This document shows positions 63,546 to 64,000 of a DNA stretch of 64,000 nucleotides, piece by piece. The DNA comes from Ginglymostoma cirratum. Taxonomy: Eukaryota. The notes under the pieces are model-generated. The model worked only from the letters and a program-made list of their open reading frames with translations, was not told where the DNA came from and did not search any database. Positions within the stretch are counted from its first letter, which is position 1; every line of letters begins with the position of its first letter. Made by a program: the position numbers and the translations under genes. The DNA lies in the NCBI GenBank assembly GCA_024137785.1, contig JAHRHZ010000051.1:19641388-19705387 (forward strand), in the 5' to 3' direction.

Positions 63546-64000
63546 GATTCAACTATCTGTCATTATCATCCACTCACACAACCCTTGATATCTACATTTA
63601 AAAAGTTCCAGAAAATTTTTAGCATGTAATTTTTCAAAAGGAAGTTTTACAACATTGCTTTACTTATTGCATTCCTCAGAGAGACTCCAGAAATCTCAGA
63701 TATATACATTTCTTTCTCAGTAAATAAGTCCTTACATCTAACATTTCCACTATAACCTTTTACTTTTTGGAACTTGCCTCCTGTAGCATTGTGAAAGTTC
63801 AAACAATGAGGCCCACAACAATGGCCATCAATCTGATCCCCTTATTGCTGCTCAGGACGGTGAAGTCTAAAATGTATCCCATCAAGTTTAAGCGCTACCT
63901 ACAGCTGGCTTCTATCTTAAGTGAAAAGGTCCCTACTCTTAAATAGTGGGATTATAATAGAGTTATTAAGAATAGATTTTCTTTGGCTAATTTTCCTACT

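Overview
Eukaryotic, repeat-rich, AT-rich vertebrate DNA, almost certainly from a shark or ray: it carries HE1-type tRNA-derived SINEs, Deu-domain (SacSINE1-like) SINEs, CR1 and L2 LINE ends, and shark-type Penelope and Harbinger relics. I cannot support any intact host protein-coding gene; the window reads as intergenic or deep-intronic DNA, with several TE-free blocks that look like conserved non-coding elements. The recognisable coding remnants all come from mobile elements: two internally deleted Gypsy LTR elements of one family (about 2000-6460 and 45030-48300, both minus), a Penelope RT/GIY-YIG fragment nested in the first, a second Penelope with inverted pLTRs (25227-25935), an ancient near-full-length Penelope ORF (about 30860-32900), a Harbinger DDE transposase fossil (about 38990-39830) and a CR1 endonuclease. 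The most striking signal is a young family of about 230-bp non-coding palindromic elements (1-111, 43876-44484, 60043-60599). They are built from two head-to-head Penelope pLTR arms, each with a minimal hammerhead-ribozyme core (CTGATGA-stem-GAAA-CGTC); the two complete copies also have a 33-bp asymmetric tail and 9-15-bp target-site duplications, and each contains a 400-N assembly gap. All calls were made by eye; family names and boundaries of old repeats are approximate and need RepeatMasker/Infernal confirmation.
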